64,000 nt of DNA from the NCBI RefSeq assembly GCF_006345805.1, contig NC_043019.1:20397360-20461359 (forward strand), written 5' to 3'. The stretch is from Octopus sinensis (taxonomy: Eukaryota). The stretch's first letter is position 1. Each line of letters opens with the position of its first letter. A model generated the notes under the pieces. That model was not told where the DNA came from. It was given only the letters and a program-made list of their open reading frames with translations, and searched no databases. Shown here piece after piece: positions 54,166 through 64,000 of the stretch. Both the position numbers and the translations under genes were made by a program.

Positions 54166-55059
54166 TATATATATATATATTATATATATATATATTATAT
54201 ATATATATATATATGTCTATATATATGTATGTATATACATATATATATGCGTGTGCGTGTATACATGCTCATTTTTTTCCCTACTTCTCTATCACCATAA
54301 CTATCTTAGAAACTAGCTAATTGCAACTCAATAATTTTTAGTTTTTATAGTGTTTTGGATTTTAGATTTCTTAGTTTGTAAATTTAAGTTTAGGTTTTAA
54401 ATTTAAATTTTAAATTTTAAATTTTAAATTTGACTTTTTAATTTTTAATTCTCAGTCCTTTATCTCACATCATTTAAGTGCTACTAAGCTTGAAATACAA
54501 TTTTAAGTAACTGCACTAAACTATTGTCCTTATACTCTTACCTAGACCGGCATTCCACCCCCACTCAATTGAAACTTTAACACTTGACCTCTAACCTCCA
54601 TACAATACTGACATTTCTAAATCCTTATCTTTACTTTTATTTTTTTTTTATTCTTATTTTTACCCTGTTACCTCTATTTTATTTTGTTGTCATTCCCTTT
54701 CTTCTCTCTCCCCCTTTTTCCTCTCTCCCTTTCTCCCCTCTCCCATACATACTCACTCACAAAAACCCATTTATGATATATCTATCATTATCTTTTCCTT
54801 TCTTTTATTATTTTTATTGTTATTATTTTTATTCATTTTTATTTTATTTTATTCTTAGTTTTTTACCCTTTTACCACTGTCTTATCTTTTAACCCTTTCT
54901 CCTATCTCTCTTTATCTCTTTCTCTCCCTCCCCTGCTCTCTCTCTCATACACCCAATCACAAAACCCATTTATGTCCACCAAATTTTCTCATTCTATATA
55001 CACATTTACAATATACACATTTATATCATTCACAGTACTGCCAAAATACTGACTGGATT

Positions 55060-55580
55060 TACCTGGGGTTTTAACTAAAACCTGTACCTTCATGGAAGTA
55101 CCAACCAAATACATGCCCTCTGGAAAAAGACGTGTTCTGAACATTATTCACCTGCCTATATCCTTCTAACTACTTTTACTATTTCATTCCTTTATTCTTC
55201 AATTTTATTCTTTATAAAACTGTGAATTTTATTCCTTGTAAACTGTAAATTTTCCCCATTTAAAGTATTTATCCTTTGTCTCTGATGACAGAGCACCCAG
55301 TGCATGGACATGCTAACCTACCACTTGGGTTATACCAGAAACGGCTGTAAGACTTCAAATTCACCTTATCCTACTTAAATTATTCTAAATGCACTGAGAT
55401 ATTCGTTCTGCCTTGGTTTTGATTTTTCCTCTAATACAATATATACCTGCTATAACACAACCCTAACACAGATCCCTAGATCCAGCCTTAGCTGTGATCT
55501 CTGGAACCTAATGGTCGACCAACTAGAGCACTTACCCAGTGTACCTATTCATTTAGATCACAAGTGAACTAAACCCTTTA
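55060..55580 (+). mobile_element. Probable Penelope-like element terminal region with a hammerhead-like motif
   Basis: 55141-55290 is an inverted homologue of 52700-52840. It contains GTCT-CTGATGA...GAAAC-GGCT-GTA-AGAC and abuts a (TA)n tract. Confidence 0.45.
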
Positions 55581-55584
55581 TATT

Positions 55585-55624
<40 letters not shown>

Positions 55625-56761
55625 ATGATGGTGGCTGCCCCCTCGTTATCGAGTATGGCCATTGCACAAAGCTTAACTGTTATTGGTGTTGTGATCGAAT
55701 GTGACTTTTATTTGCTTTTTAAGGCTACAGCCAGTTATTCAGTTGAGACTCACAGCACTATCAACAATCATGAACAATGTTGCTATCGTGCAATGCCTGT
55801 GCAAGAAGATTTTTTTCTAAAGTGAGGAAAGGCTGTGCACTGAGTCAATCCCACTCACTAAGCAACAGCAGCCATAATCCGAAAAGAAGAACAAGTCAAC
55901 ATCATCAGTAACCACTGAGCCGCAGGTTTTATGTCGGAGTTATCCCAGTTACCTGAGTTACCTTCTCCTAGAAGGATGCCCTAACAAAGGCTAGGAGTCC
56001 TTCACTCCCAATGGTTTAACCGTGTGATCGGGTATTCAGTCCGATTATTTCTATGTCCCCGCGCATGATACAGCCTTAAGCCTTAAAAAAAAAAATACAC
56101 ATTTATTGGATGGTCGCTGACTCTCAAGAGTTCCTCTGCCCTTTGACAGGTTTTGTTTTTCATCCCGCAGGGTGTCCAATAAACACCCTCCCCACCAAGT
56201 AAGCTTGGTGGGGTTGCCGGTTTAGACGCCGACTGCGAAGATGATCCGGTTCTTGACTGAAGATCGAAGGCTTCGAATGTCCCGTCCGTTTTTTTGTATC
56301 GTCTTCTAAATGTTTTGCGTTCTTGTCCCAGTTTGTGTTTTTTACATTTACCTATATATATTTATATATATAAAACAAGTTAAAAGTAATGGTCATTACA
56401 GATTTTTCCTTTATTGGTGCAAATTTGGCTTCCAGCTGCTTCCAGTTATCATTATAGGTAGAATATTGATAGGTTTACTTAACTGGTCTATTGATCAGTT
56501 GAGAAAAATTGAACAACCTAAAAAAATTAATGCTACTTTTGTCAGAGTAATTTCTGAGAACTTATGAAGTATTTTGCCCAGATAGGTAATGCCTCACTAT
56601 TAGCTATATATATATATATATTCACTCTCGGAATGGTTGGCGTTAGGAAGGGCATCCAGCTGTAGTAACTCTGCCAGATCAGATTGGAGTCTGGTTCGCC
56701 AGACCTCAGTCAAATCGTCCAACCCATGCTAGCATGGAAAGCAGACGTTAAATGATGATGA

Positions 56762-56795
<34 letters not shown>

Positions 56796-58008
56796 TTCAA
56801 CTATGGTAGTAGTTAAATATTATTTTTAAGGCTACTATTTACTCACATGCACCATCTTTCAGAGCTTGTCGCTAAATCAGTTCTTAACCAAATTGAAAAC
56901 TGTTAACATTTTTGAAGAGGATTGCTACATTTTGGCATAAAAAAATTGAGATTTTATTCAGTAGAAAAAGTTTACATCAAAATTTGTAGCAACATTATAG
57001 GAGAATAAGTAACGCCACCAATCAAGTTTAGTTCTGAATAACTTTTTTTTATTTCAAAAGCAAAATATATTTATCTTAGCTTCAATAATAGAAGAAAGCA
57101 TGAAGAGTTTCATAGTTTTGTTCCCATGCAGCAAAAGTTTGTATCAAAAAAGTTTTGAGGTAAAATATCATGAAAAAAATATAAGGCAAAAAATTGGATT
57201 TAAGTATAATTAACTTCTTTATTTTAAAAACAAACTATATTTTAATTAAGCTTAAATGACAGAGCTCAATCTCATGCAATGAAGTTTTAAAAGAGAAATG
57301 TTATGAGTGTTTGTTTCTCAAATTTGAGGGTGATAATATAGTTCTATACTTTTTTATGAGTATAGTTCTAGGCCTTTTTAATATCACTGAGGTAAGGAAA
57401 AAATTATCAATGACACCACTAATCGACACATTATTAATTAGCATAATAGCATAGCCTGGGGAAAAAAAACATGGATTACATGGAAAAATGCGAGCAAGAG
57501 AAATAATATTCTTAAGATTATAAACCTGGAAAAGTCAAGGACAAGTTATTACACTTGGAAAAGTTCAGAATAACTTATTACATCTGATAAAGTAGAGAAC
57601 AAGAAAATTTTTACTTAAAATATTGCAGCTAAGGATAAAATTTGAATATTCAAAATTATTTGATTTTAATTTACAAAGTAACATTATAATTAAAAGAGGT
57701 ACCATCATTTTGTTAAGATACTGACACACTAGAATACTTAAAAATGAGAGCCAGAAATATCAATATAGCTAAAGTTTTATGCAAAGTAGAATAGTATATA
57801 TGGTAGGCAAATTCATTGTGTAAAAAATAGGCATTGGGTCAAGACTAAAAATGCGAAGACTTGGCAATAACTTTTGTACCATTCAAAACTTTTTATTCTT
57901 TACAAACAATACACAATGCTTCAAGTGAACTACAATACTCTCCTATTACATAAATTATTTTATCTATAATTGCATGAATAAATTATGAATAAATGATCCA
58001 GCAGCTGC

Positions 58009-58089
58009 TGTGTACTGGTACTTTATCAGGTAGGTTGCTTTGAAAACGATGCTTTCAAAGCAATCTACCTGATGAAGTACCAGTATACA
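58009..58089. repeat. 37-bp-stem hairpin
   Basis: 58009-58045 pairs with 58053-58089; loop ACGATGC. Confidence 0.9.
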
Positions 58090-58215
58090 ACTCCCGATGG
58101 ATCATATTTATTTACGTAATTATTTATAAAAGAATTTATATAATGGTATGAAACAGAAAACTCAGCAACCAACAGTTGTTATCACTGCACAGAAACAACT
58201 GTATTTTGTAATTAA

Positions 58216-58435
58216 CCCTTTAGTGTTTAAACCGGCCATACCAGGCCAAAATTGCCTTCCTGTTATATGCTCAAACCAGCCAGCTCTGACCTCTCACACC
58301 AACCCTACAAAGTCATTCCAAAAATAAACAGGGACATCATCAAAATCTCAGAGTTACAAGATGCTGTGCAATTAATTTAAAACAATGTGATTAAACAGGC
58401 TTTACATTTGACAGAATAATCTGAATGCTAAAGGT
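58216..58435. mobile_element. piggyBac-like MITE
   Basis: TTAA|CCCTTTAG...CTAAAGGT|TTAA. Confidence 0.6.
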
Positions 58436-58609
58436 TTAAAGCCTGTTTATTCCATCTTGCAGGGCCTTGCTGATTGGATGAGGGAGATGTGCGGAAGGGT
58501 AGCTTTCATTGCTCTCTTCTGCTTAGTGACTGCTGATGTGGGTATGTGCCTCTACTCCATCTTCTTGCATAAATTTTTATATAAATTCTATACACAAATA
58601 GGTGCAGTA

Positions 58610-58765
58610 GTGGCTGTGTGGTAAGTAGCTTGTTTACCAACCACATGGTTCCGGGTTCAGTCCCACTGCATGGCACCTTGGGCAAGTGTCTTCTACTATA
58701 GCCTCGGGCCGACCAAAGCCTTGTGAGTGGATTTAGTAGACGGAAACTGAAAGAAGCCCGTCGTA

Positions 58766-58825
<60 letters not shown>

Positions 58826-59058
58826 CGTGTGTGTGTTTGTGTGTCTGTGTTTGTCCCCCCTAGCATTGCTTGACAACCGATGCTGGTGTGTTTATGTCCC
58901 CGTTACTTAGTGGTTCGGCAATAGAGACCGATAGAATAAGTACTGGGCTTACAAAAGAATAAGACCCAGAGTTGAGTTGCTCGATTAAAAAGGTGGTGCT
59001 CCAGCATGGCCTCAGTCAAATGACTGAAACAAGTAAAAAGAGTAAAAGAGTAAAGAGT
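58610..59058 (+). mobile_element. tRNA-derived SINE family B (internal TA/TG microsatellite, (GAGTAAAA)n tail)
   Basis: GTGGCTGTGTGGTAAG...GGTTCAGTCCC head and CCTTGGGCAAGT core. Other copies at about 16006-16402(+), 31397-31806(-), 41706-42073(-), 60885-61038(-, partial) and 62770-63143(-), plus many fragments. Confidence 0.85.
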
Positions 59059-60160
59059 AAATGAAGTTCCACATGTAAACCCAGTATAAGGAATAACTCT
59101 TCCGTAAGACGGCACATGGGAGCCGATAACTCTGTAGAAGCTTTTTAAATGTATGTTATGAGGTTATAACCCAAATAATACTGAATATATACATGTGTGT
59201 GTGTGTGTACATACATAAAGCCAGGCGTCTCTCAGTTTCCATCTATGAAAACCACCTGCAAGGTTTTGGTCAGCTCAAGGTGTCACGCGCTGTGATTGAA
59301 CCCAAAACCAGGTGGTTGGGCAGCAAGCTTGCTTAACCACACAACCATGCCAAGAAGAAACTGTGACATAGTGTGTAAATACAGAAATGGAGTGTGGATG
59401 GGGAGAGGTGAGGTGAGTAGTGGGGAATTAGATTTGGTAATTACTCTAAGGTAATTAACTAACAATCATGGTAGGAGAGAGAATCTGTGGCAGAAGGGAG
59501 AGATATACCACATAGATGGGCTGACTGTGTTAAAGGGTGCGGAAAGAAATTAGAAAAGGGGAGAAAGAGTAGGAGTAGATGAGAAAGAGAAAGGAGGAAC
59601 AAGAGGAAAAGCACATATGGTAAAGAGAGGGGAACAGAGTGAGAAAGAAAGTAAGGGGGAGGGGGAGAAAGAGAAAAACTAAGATAAAATGGTGGGAGGA
59701 GGAAAGAGGATAGGAGTAAGGGAGTAATGGGAACAAAGAGAGGGAGAAGATGGGAATAAAGTGAAAGAGAGAGAGAGTGAGAGAGCGAGAAAGAGTAAAG
59801 GATGGTGAAAGGGAAGATGGGGAGAGATGGTGCGAGCGATTTAGGTGAAGACAAAGGTATTGTATGGAGAAAAAGAAAGTAATTAAGGAAAAAATTGAGA
59901 CAGAGAGAATGAAAGAAATTGAAAGAGAAATTGAGAGATAGCTGAGAAGGAAGAGATAGTATGAAAGAAGGAGATAGAAACATGAAAGGAAAGAGTGAAA
60001 GGGAGTGAGAGAGAAAAGGGAAGAGAGAGAAGATAAAAAATAAGGGAAAAGAATAATCAACAGACGCAACATGAGAGATGATAATGATGGTAGTGATGAT
60101 GGTGGCGGTGATATTTTTCATGACGATTGTGGTAGTGGTAGTGGTGGTATTAATCATGGA

Positions 60161-60578
60161 GGGCGGCGAGCTGGCAGAAACGTTAGCACGCCGGGCGAAA
60201 TGCTTGGCGGTATTTCGTCTGCCGTTACGTTGTGAGTTCAAATTCCGCCGAGGTCGACTTTGCCTTTCATCCTTTCGGAGTCGTAAATTAATTAAGACCA
60301 GTCACGCACTGGGGTCGATGTAATCGACTTAATACCTATGTCTGTCCTTGTTTGTCCCCTCTGTGTTTAGCCCTTGTGGGTAGTAAAGAAATAGGTATTT
60401 CGTTCTGCTGCTACGTCCCAGTTCAAATTCCGCCGAGGTCGACTTTGCCTTTCATCCTTTCGGAGTCGATAAATTAAGTATCAGTTACGCACTGGGGTCG
60501 ATGTAATCGACTTAATACCTATGTCTGTCCTTGTTTGTCCCCTCTGTGTTTAGCCCCTTGTGGGTAGTAAAGAAATAG
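60161..60578 (+). mobile_element. SINE family A dimer
   Basis: Same junction at 60394/60395. Confidence 0.85.
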
Positions 60579-61062
60579 GTATTATTTATGACGATGATGA
60601 TGATGGCAACAATGATGATGGTGTAGTGGTGGTGGTGGTGATGGCAGTGCTATTCATAATAATGATGCTGATGATGATGATGGTGATGCTGGCAGCAGCG
60701 GCGGTGGTGTTGCCGTTCAGTTCATGGTAATGATTATATTAATAATGATGATTGATTATAAAATGTATTCCTTTCTGTTGTTCAGCATTCCACAAGCAAT
60801 CTCTCAGTATTTTTTTTTAATGTTTTTTTTTACTTTTTCATGCTTTTCTTTCTTTCTTTTTTTTCTTTTCCTTCATTTACTCTTTACTCTTTTACTCTTT
60901 TACTTGTTTCAGTCATTTGACTGCGGCCATGCTGGAGCACCGCCTTTAGTCGAGCAAATCGACCCCGGGACTTATTCTTTGTAAGCCCAGTACTTATTCT
61001 ATCGGTCTCTTCTGCCGAACCGCTAATTGACGGGGACAAGAAAAATATTATCAGCCGCCGGA

Positions 61063-61135
61063 TGCCGAAACCTGGGATTGAACCGGGGGCCTTTAGATCT
61101 TCAGTCTAACGCTCTCCCAACTGAGCTATTTCGGC
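61063..61135 (-). tRNA. tRNA-Phe(GAA), 73 nt, with one T-stem mismatch
   Basis: GCCGAAATAGCTCAGTTGGGAGAGCGTTAGACTGAAGATCTAAAGGCCCCCGGTTCAATCCCAGGTTTCGGCA, near-identical to the conserved animal tRNA-Phe. A and B boxes are intact; a TTTTT terminator lies about 17 nt downstream. Confidence 0.93.
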
Positions 61136-61417
61136 TGATTTGTTGATTAATTTTTTTCTTTTCTCTTTCTTTTTAACAAAAAATTTGTCAAATATTTTTC
61201 CAAGCTAAAATCTTCAAATTTCACACCAACTCTCAACTCTATATTATGTAAAACAGACCTAACAAGGCAGCTAAGCTTTGGTAAGAGCAATTTATACTGA
61301 GTTATTATACAACCAGTTTGTTTATTTTTTTCTTTTTGATTGATTTTTTGCAATTTTATTTTTGCGTTTCAAAGAAAGAAGAAAAACAAGAAAAGCAGGA
61401 AAACATTTTGCCGCCGC

Positions 61418-61717
61418 CTTCTTCTTCTTCTTCTTCTTCTTCTTCTTCTTCTTCTTCTTCTTCTTCTCCTTCTTCCCTCTTCTTCTTTTTCTTCTTCTTC
61501 CCTCTTCTTCTTTTTCTTCTTGTTCTTCTTCTCCTTCTTCTTCTTCTTCTTCTTCTTCTTCTTCTTCTTCTTCTTCTTCTTCTTCTTCTTTTCCATCTTC
61601 TTCTTCGTCTTCTTCCCTCTTCTTCTTTTTCTTCTTCTTCTTCTTCCCTCTTCTTTTTTCTTCTTCTTCTTCTTCTTCTTCTTCTTCTTCTTCTTCTTCT
61701 TCTTCTTCTTCTTCTTC
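61418..61717. repeat. (CTT)n microsatellite
   Basis: Read directly. Confidence 0.95.
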
Positions 61718-61937
61718 AATTTCCCCTTTTTTTAATTTTTATTTTCCTAAAATTTTCATTGCGTCTTGCAACCTTTTCAATAGAGTCAAAACTATTGAAA
61801 AGGTTGCAAGACGCAACGAAAATTTTAGGAAAATAAAAATAAGGAATGAGTGGAAATTTTATCGGTTAGTGTGTTAAATTATAAGGCATAAAAAGAAAAT
61901 GACTCTCCCCAGACACAACAGAACAATGTCAATTGCA

Positions 61938-62190
61938 TCCCCAAAACTGGGGTCATCACCTTCTCTGTTAGTAAAACAACCTTGGCCTTCTTTGGAGCAG
62001 GTGGGGTTGGGTGTTTCCACTGCATGGATTGGTTTCTTTGTCTTTGGCTCAAAGTTGTGAACCCAGCACTCATCCTGGATGAGTCAGATTTTCCCATGAT
62101 GTGATCAGCCTGGTGCACTTATGGTCAGATGTTCAGAAGATGTGGCACCAACCAAGCAAAAACTTCCATCAGATAGTTGGAAAGTTATTA
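61938..62190 (-). mobile_element. mariner transposase fragment
   Basis: DECWVHNFEP followed by QSMQWKHPTPPAPKKAKV, frameshifted. Confidence 0.65.
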
Positions 62191-62367
62191 ATGAGAGTAT
62201 GTGGATTATCGTCGTCATTTAAGGTCCGCTTTCCATGCTAGCATGGGTTGGATGGTTCAACTGGGGTCTGGGAAGCCCGAAGGCTGCACCAGGCCAGTCA
62301 GATCTGGCAGTGTTTCTACAGCTGGATTCCCTTCCTAACGCCAACCACTCCATGAGTGTAGTGGGCG

Positions 62368-62716
62368 CTTTTTATGTGCCACCGACACAAGTGCCAGACG
62401 AGGCTGGCAAACGGCCACGCTCGGATGGTGTTTTTTATGTGCCACCGACACAGGTGCCAGACGAGGCTGGCGAACGGCCATGCTCGGATGGGGTTTTTTA
62501 TGTGCCACTGACACAGATGCCAGACGAGGCTGGCGAACGGCCACGCTCGGATGGTGTTTTTTATGTGCCACCGACACAAGTGCCAGACGAGGCTGGCGAA
62601 CGGCCATGCTCGGATGGTGTTTTTTATGTGCCACCGACACAGGTGCCAGACGAGGCTGGCGAACGGCCACGCTCGGATGGTGTTTTTTATGTGCCACCGA
62701 CACAGGTGCCAGACGA
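62368..62716. repeat. 60-bp minisatellite, about 5.8 copies, inside a family C element
   Basis: The unit TTTTTATGTGCCACCGACACARGTGCCAGACGAGGCTGGCRAACGGCCAYGCTCGGATGGTG repeats with a 60-nt period. Confidence 0.9.
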
Positions 62717-63429
62717 AATAGAAATGCTAATATAACAGGAAAATAAGAAAATTATATGCTCTCTTTTTGCTCTTACTCTTTTACTTGTTTCAGTCATTTT
62801 TGACTGTGAGCCATGCTGGAGCACCGCCTTTAGTCGACCAAATCGACCCCAGGACTTATACTTTGTAAGCCCAGTACTTATTCTATCGGTCTCTTTTGCC
62901 GAACCGCTAAGTTTCGGGGACGTAAACACACCAGCATCGGTTGTCAAGCAATGCTAGGGGGGACAAACACGCACACACAAACATACACACGGGCTTCTTT
63001 CAGTTTCCGTCTACCAAATCCACTCACAAGGCTTTGGTCGGCCCGAGGCTATAGTAGAAGACACCTGCCCAAGGTGCCACGCAGTGGGACTGAACCCGGA
63101 ACCATGTGGTTCATAAGCAAGCTACTTACCACACAGCCACTCCTAATCCTGTACAATACGTTATTGTCAATGACCCACTAATTATTCTTTATTATGTTAT
63201 TTTCTACAATAAATATCCTGTTTAATTTCACGGTTGTTGTACATGCCTTCAAGGCTACCAAAATATATGCATGTCTACACATGGGTACATGACCTTACAA
63301 TTAGGTTACATATAATTTCTAAAGGCTTTCAAAGCACAGCAACATTAGGTTATGCTAAAGCTGCACATTCATGACATATTTAACACATTCTGTGCAAAAG
63401 CTACAAACATGCATTATAAATATTATTAA

Positions 63430-63833
63430 CCTCATTCATTAAGACTGGGAAGCACTCCGTCGGTTACGACGACGAGGGTTCCGGTTGATCCGAATCAATG
63501 GAACAGCCTGCTCGTGAAATTAACGTGTAAGTGGCTGAGCACTCCACAGACACATGTACCCTTAACGTAGTTCTCGGGGAGATATTCAGCATGACACAGA
63601 GTGTGACAAGGCCAGCCCTTTGAAATACAGGTACAGCAGAAACAGGAATTAAGAGTGAGAGAAAGTTGTGGTGAAAGAGTACAGCAGGGATCACCACCAT
63701 CCCCTGCCGGAGCGTCGTGGAGCTTTTAGGTGTTTTCGCTCAATAAATACACACAACGCCCGATCTGGGAATCGAAACCGCGATCCTATGACCGCGAGTC
63801 CGCTGCCCTAACCACCTGGGCCATTGCGCCTCC
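63430..63833 (-). mobile_element. tRNA-derived SINE, family E
   Basis: Head GGAGGCGCAATGGCCCAG..GGTTAGGG...GGTTTCGATTCCC. Related copies at about 38710-39007(-) and 5690-6005(-). Confidence 0.75.
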
Positions 63834-64000
63834 GACTCATTAAGACTACAAACAGCCAGAAACATTGATGTATGGGACAAAATGCTTTGAGGCATTTCTG
63901 CCAGCTTTACATTCTGAGTTCAAATGCTGCTCACATTGACTTGCTTTTCATCCTTTCAAGGTTGATAAAATAGGTACCAGTTGAGCACAGGGGTGCAATG

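Noticed and set aside
56250-56290. GACTGAAGATC resembling the tRNA-Phe anticodon arm or a hammerhead core
   Set aside because: No cloverleaf, and no GAAAC with a matching stem I; too short to call.
56800-57940. AT-rich non-repetitive stretch that might be a decayed transposase
   Set aside because: No ORF or recognisable motif could be read by eye; it needs a translated search.
59459-60241. 260-aa hydrophobic ORF, and poly-K/F/L/S ORFs at 61318-61877
   Set aside because: Purine-rich low-complexity DNA and (CTT)n, partly overlapping a SINE; no domain signal.
62368-62716. Regular 60-bp array resembling a CRISPR, or a repeat protein (ORF 62235..62735)
   Set aside because: Whole units repeat with no unique spacers, there are no cas genes and the context is eukaryotic. 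The ORF stays open only because 60 is divisible by 3.

Overview
AT-rich, repeat-dense animal DNA. The SINE families and the extreme (TA)n/(GATA)n load suggest a coleoid cephalopod (octopus-like); this is an inference. One protein-coding gene is supported: the 5' part of a phospholipase C-like (PLCL/PRIP) gene on the minus strand. Its five coding exons (45669-44592, 7942-7793, 7140-6922, 5302-5263, 1501-1372) splice in frame and encode a long low-complexity N-terminus, a KTVSF PP1-docking motif, a PH domain and the first EF-hand; the gene continues beyond position 1. The intron between exons 4 and 5 is a textbook U12-type AT-AC intron. There is one tRNA-Phe(GAA) gene. The rest is tRNA-derived SINEs, decayed LINEs, a Gypsy remnant, maT and mariner remnants, Helitrons, MITEs and satellites. 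The unexplained signals most worth checking are several unrelated short elements in (TA)n tracts that carry minimal hammerhead-ribozyme folds, SINE multimers joined at one fixed junction, and long fold-back palindromes. Nearly all supplied ORFs are artefacts of repeats. Repeat boundaries were read by eye and are approximate.
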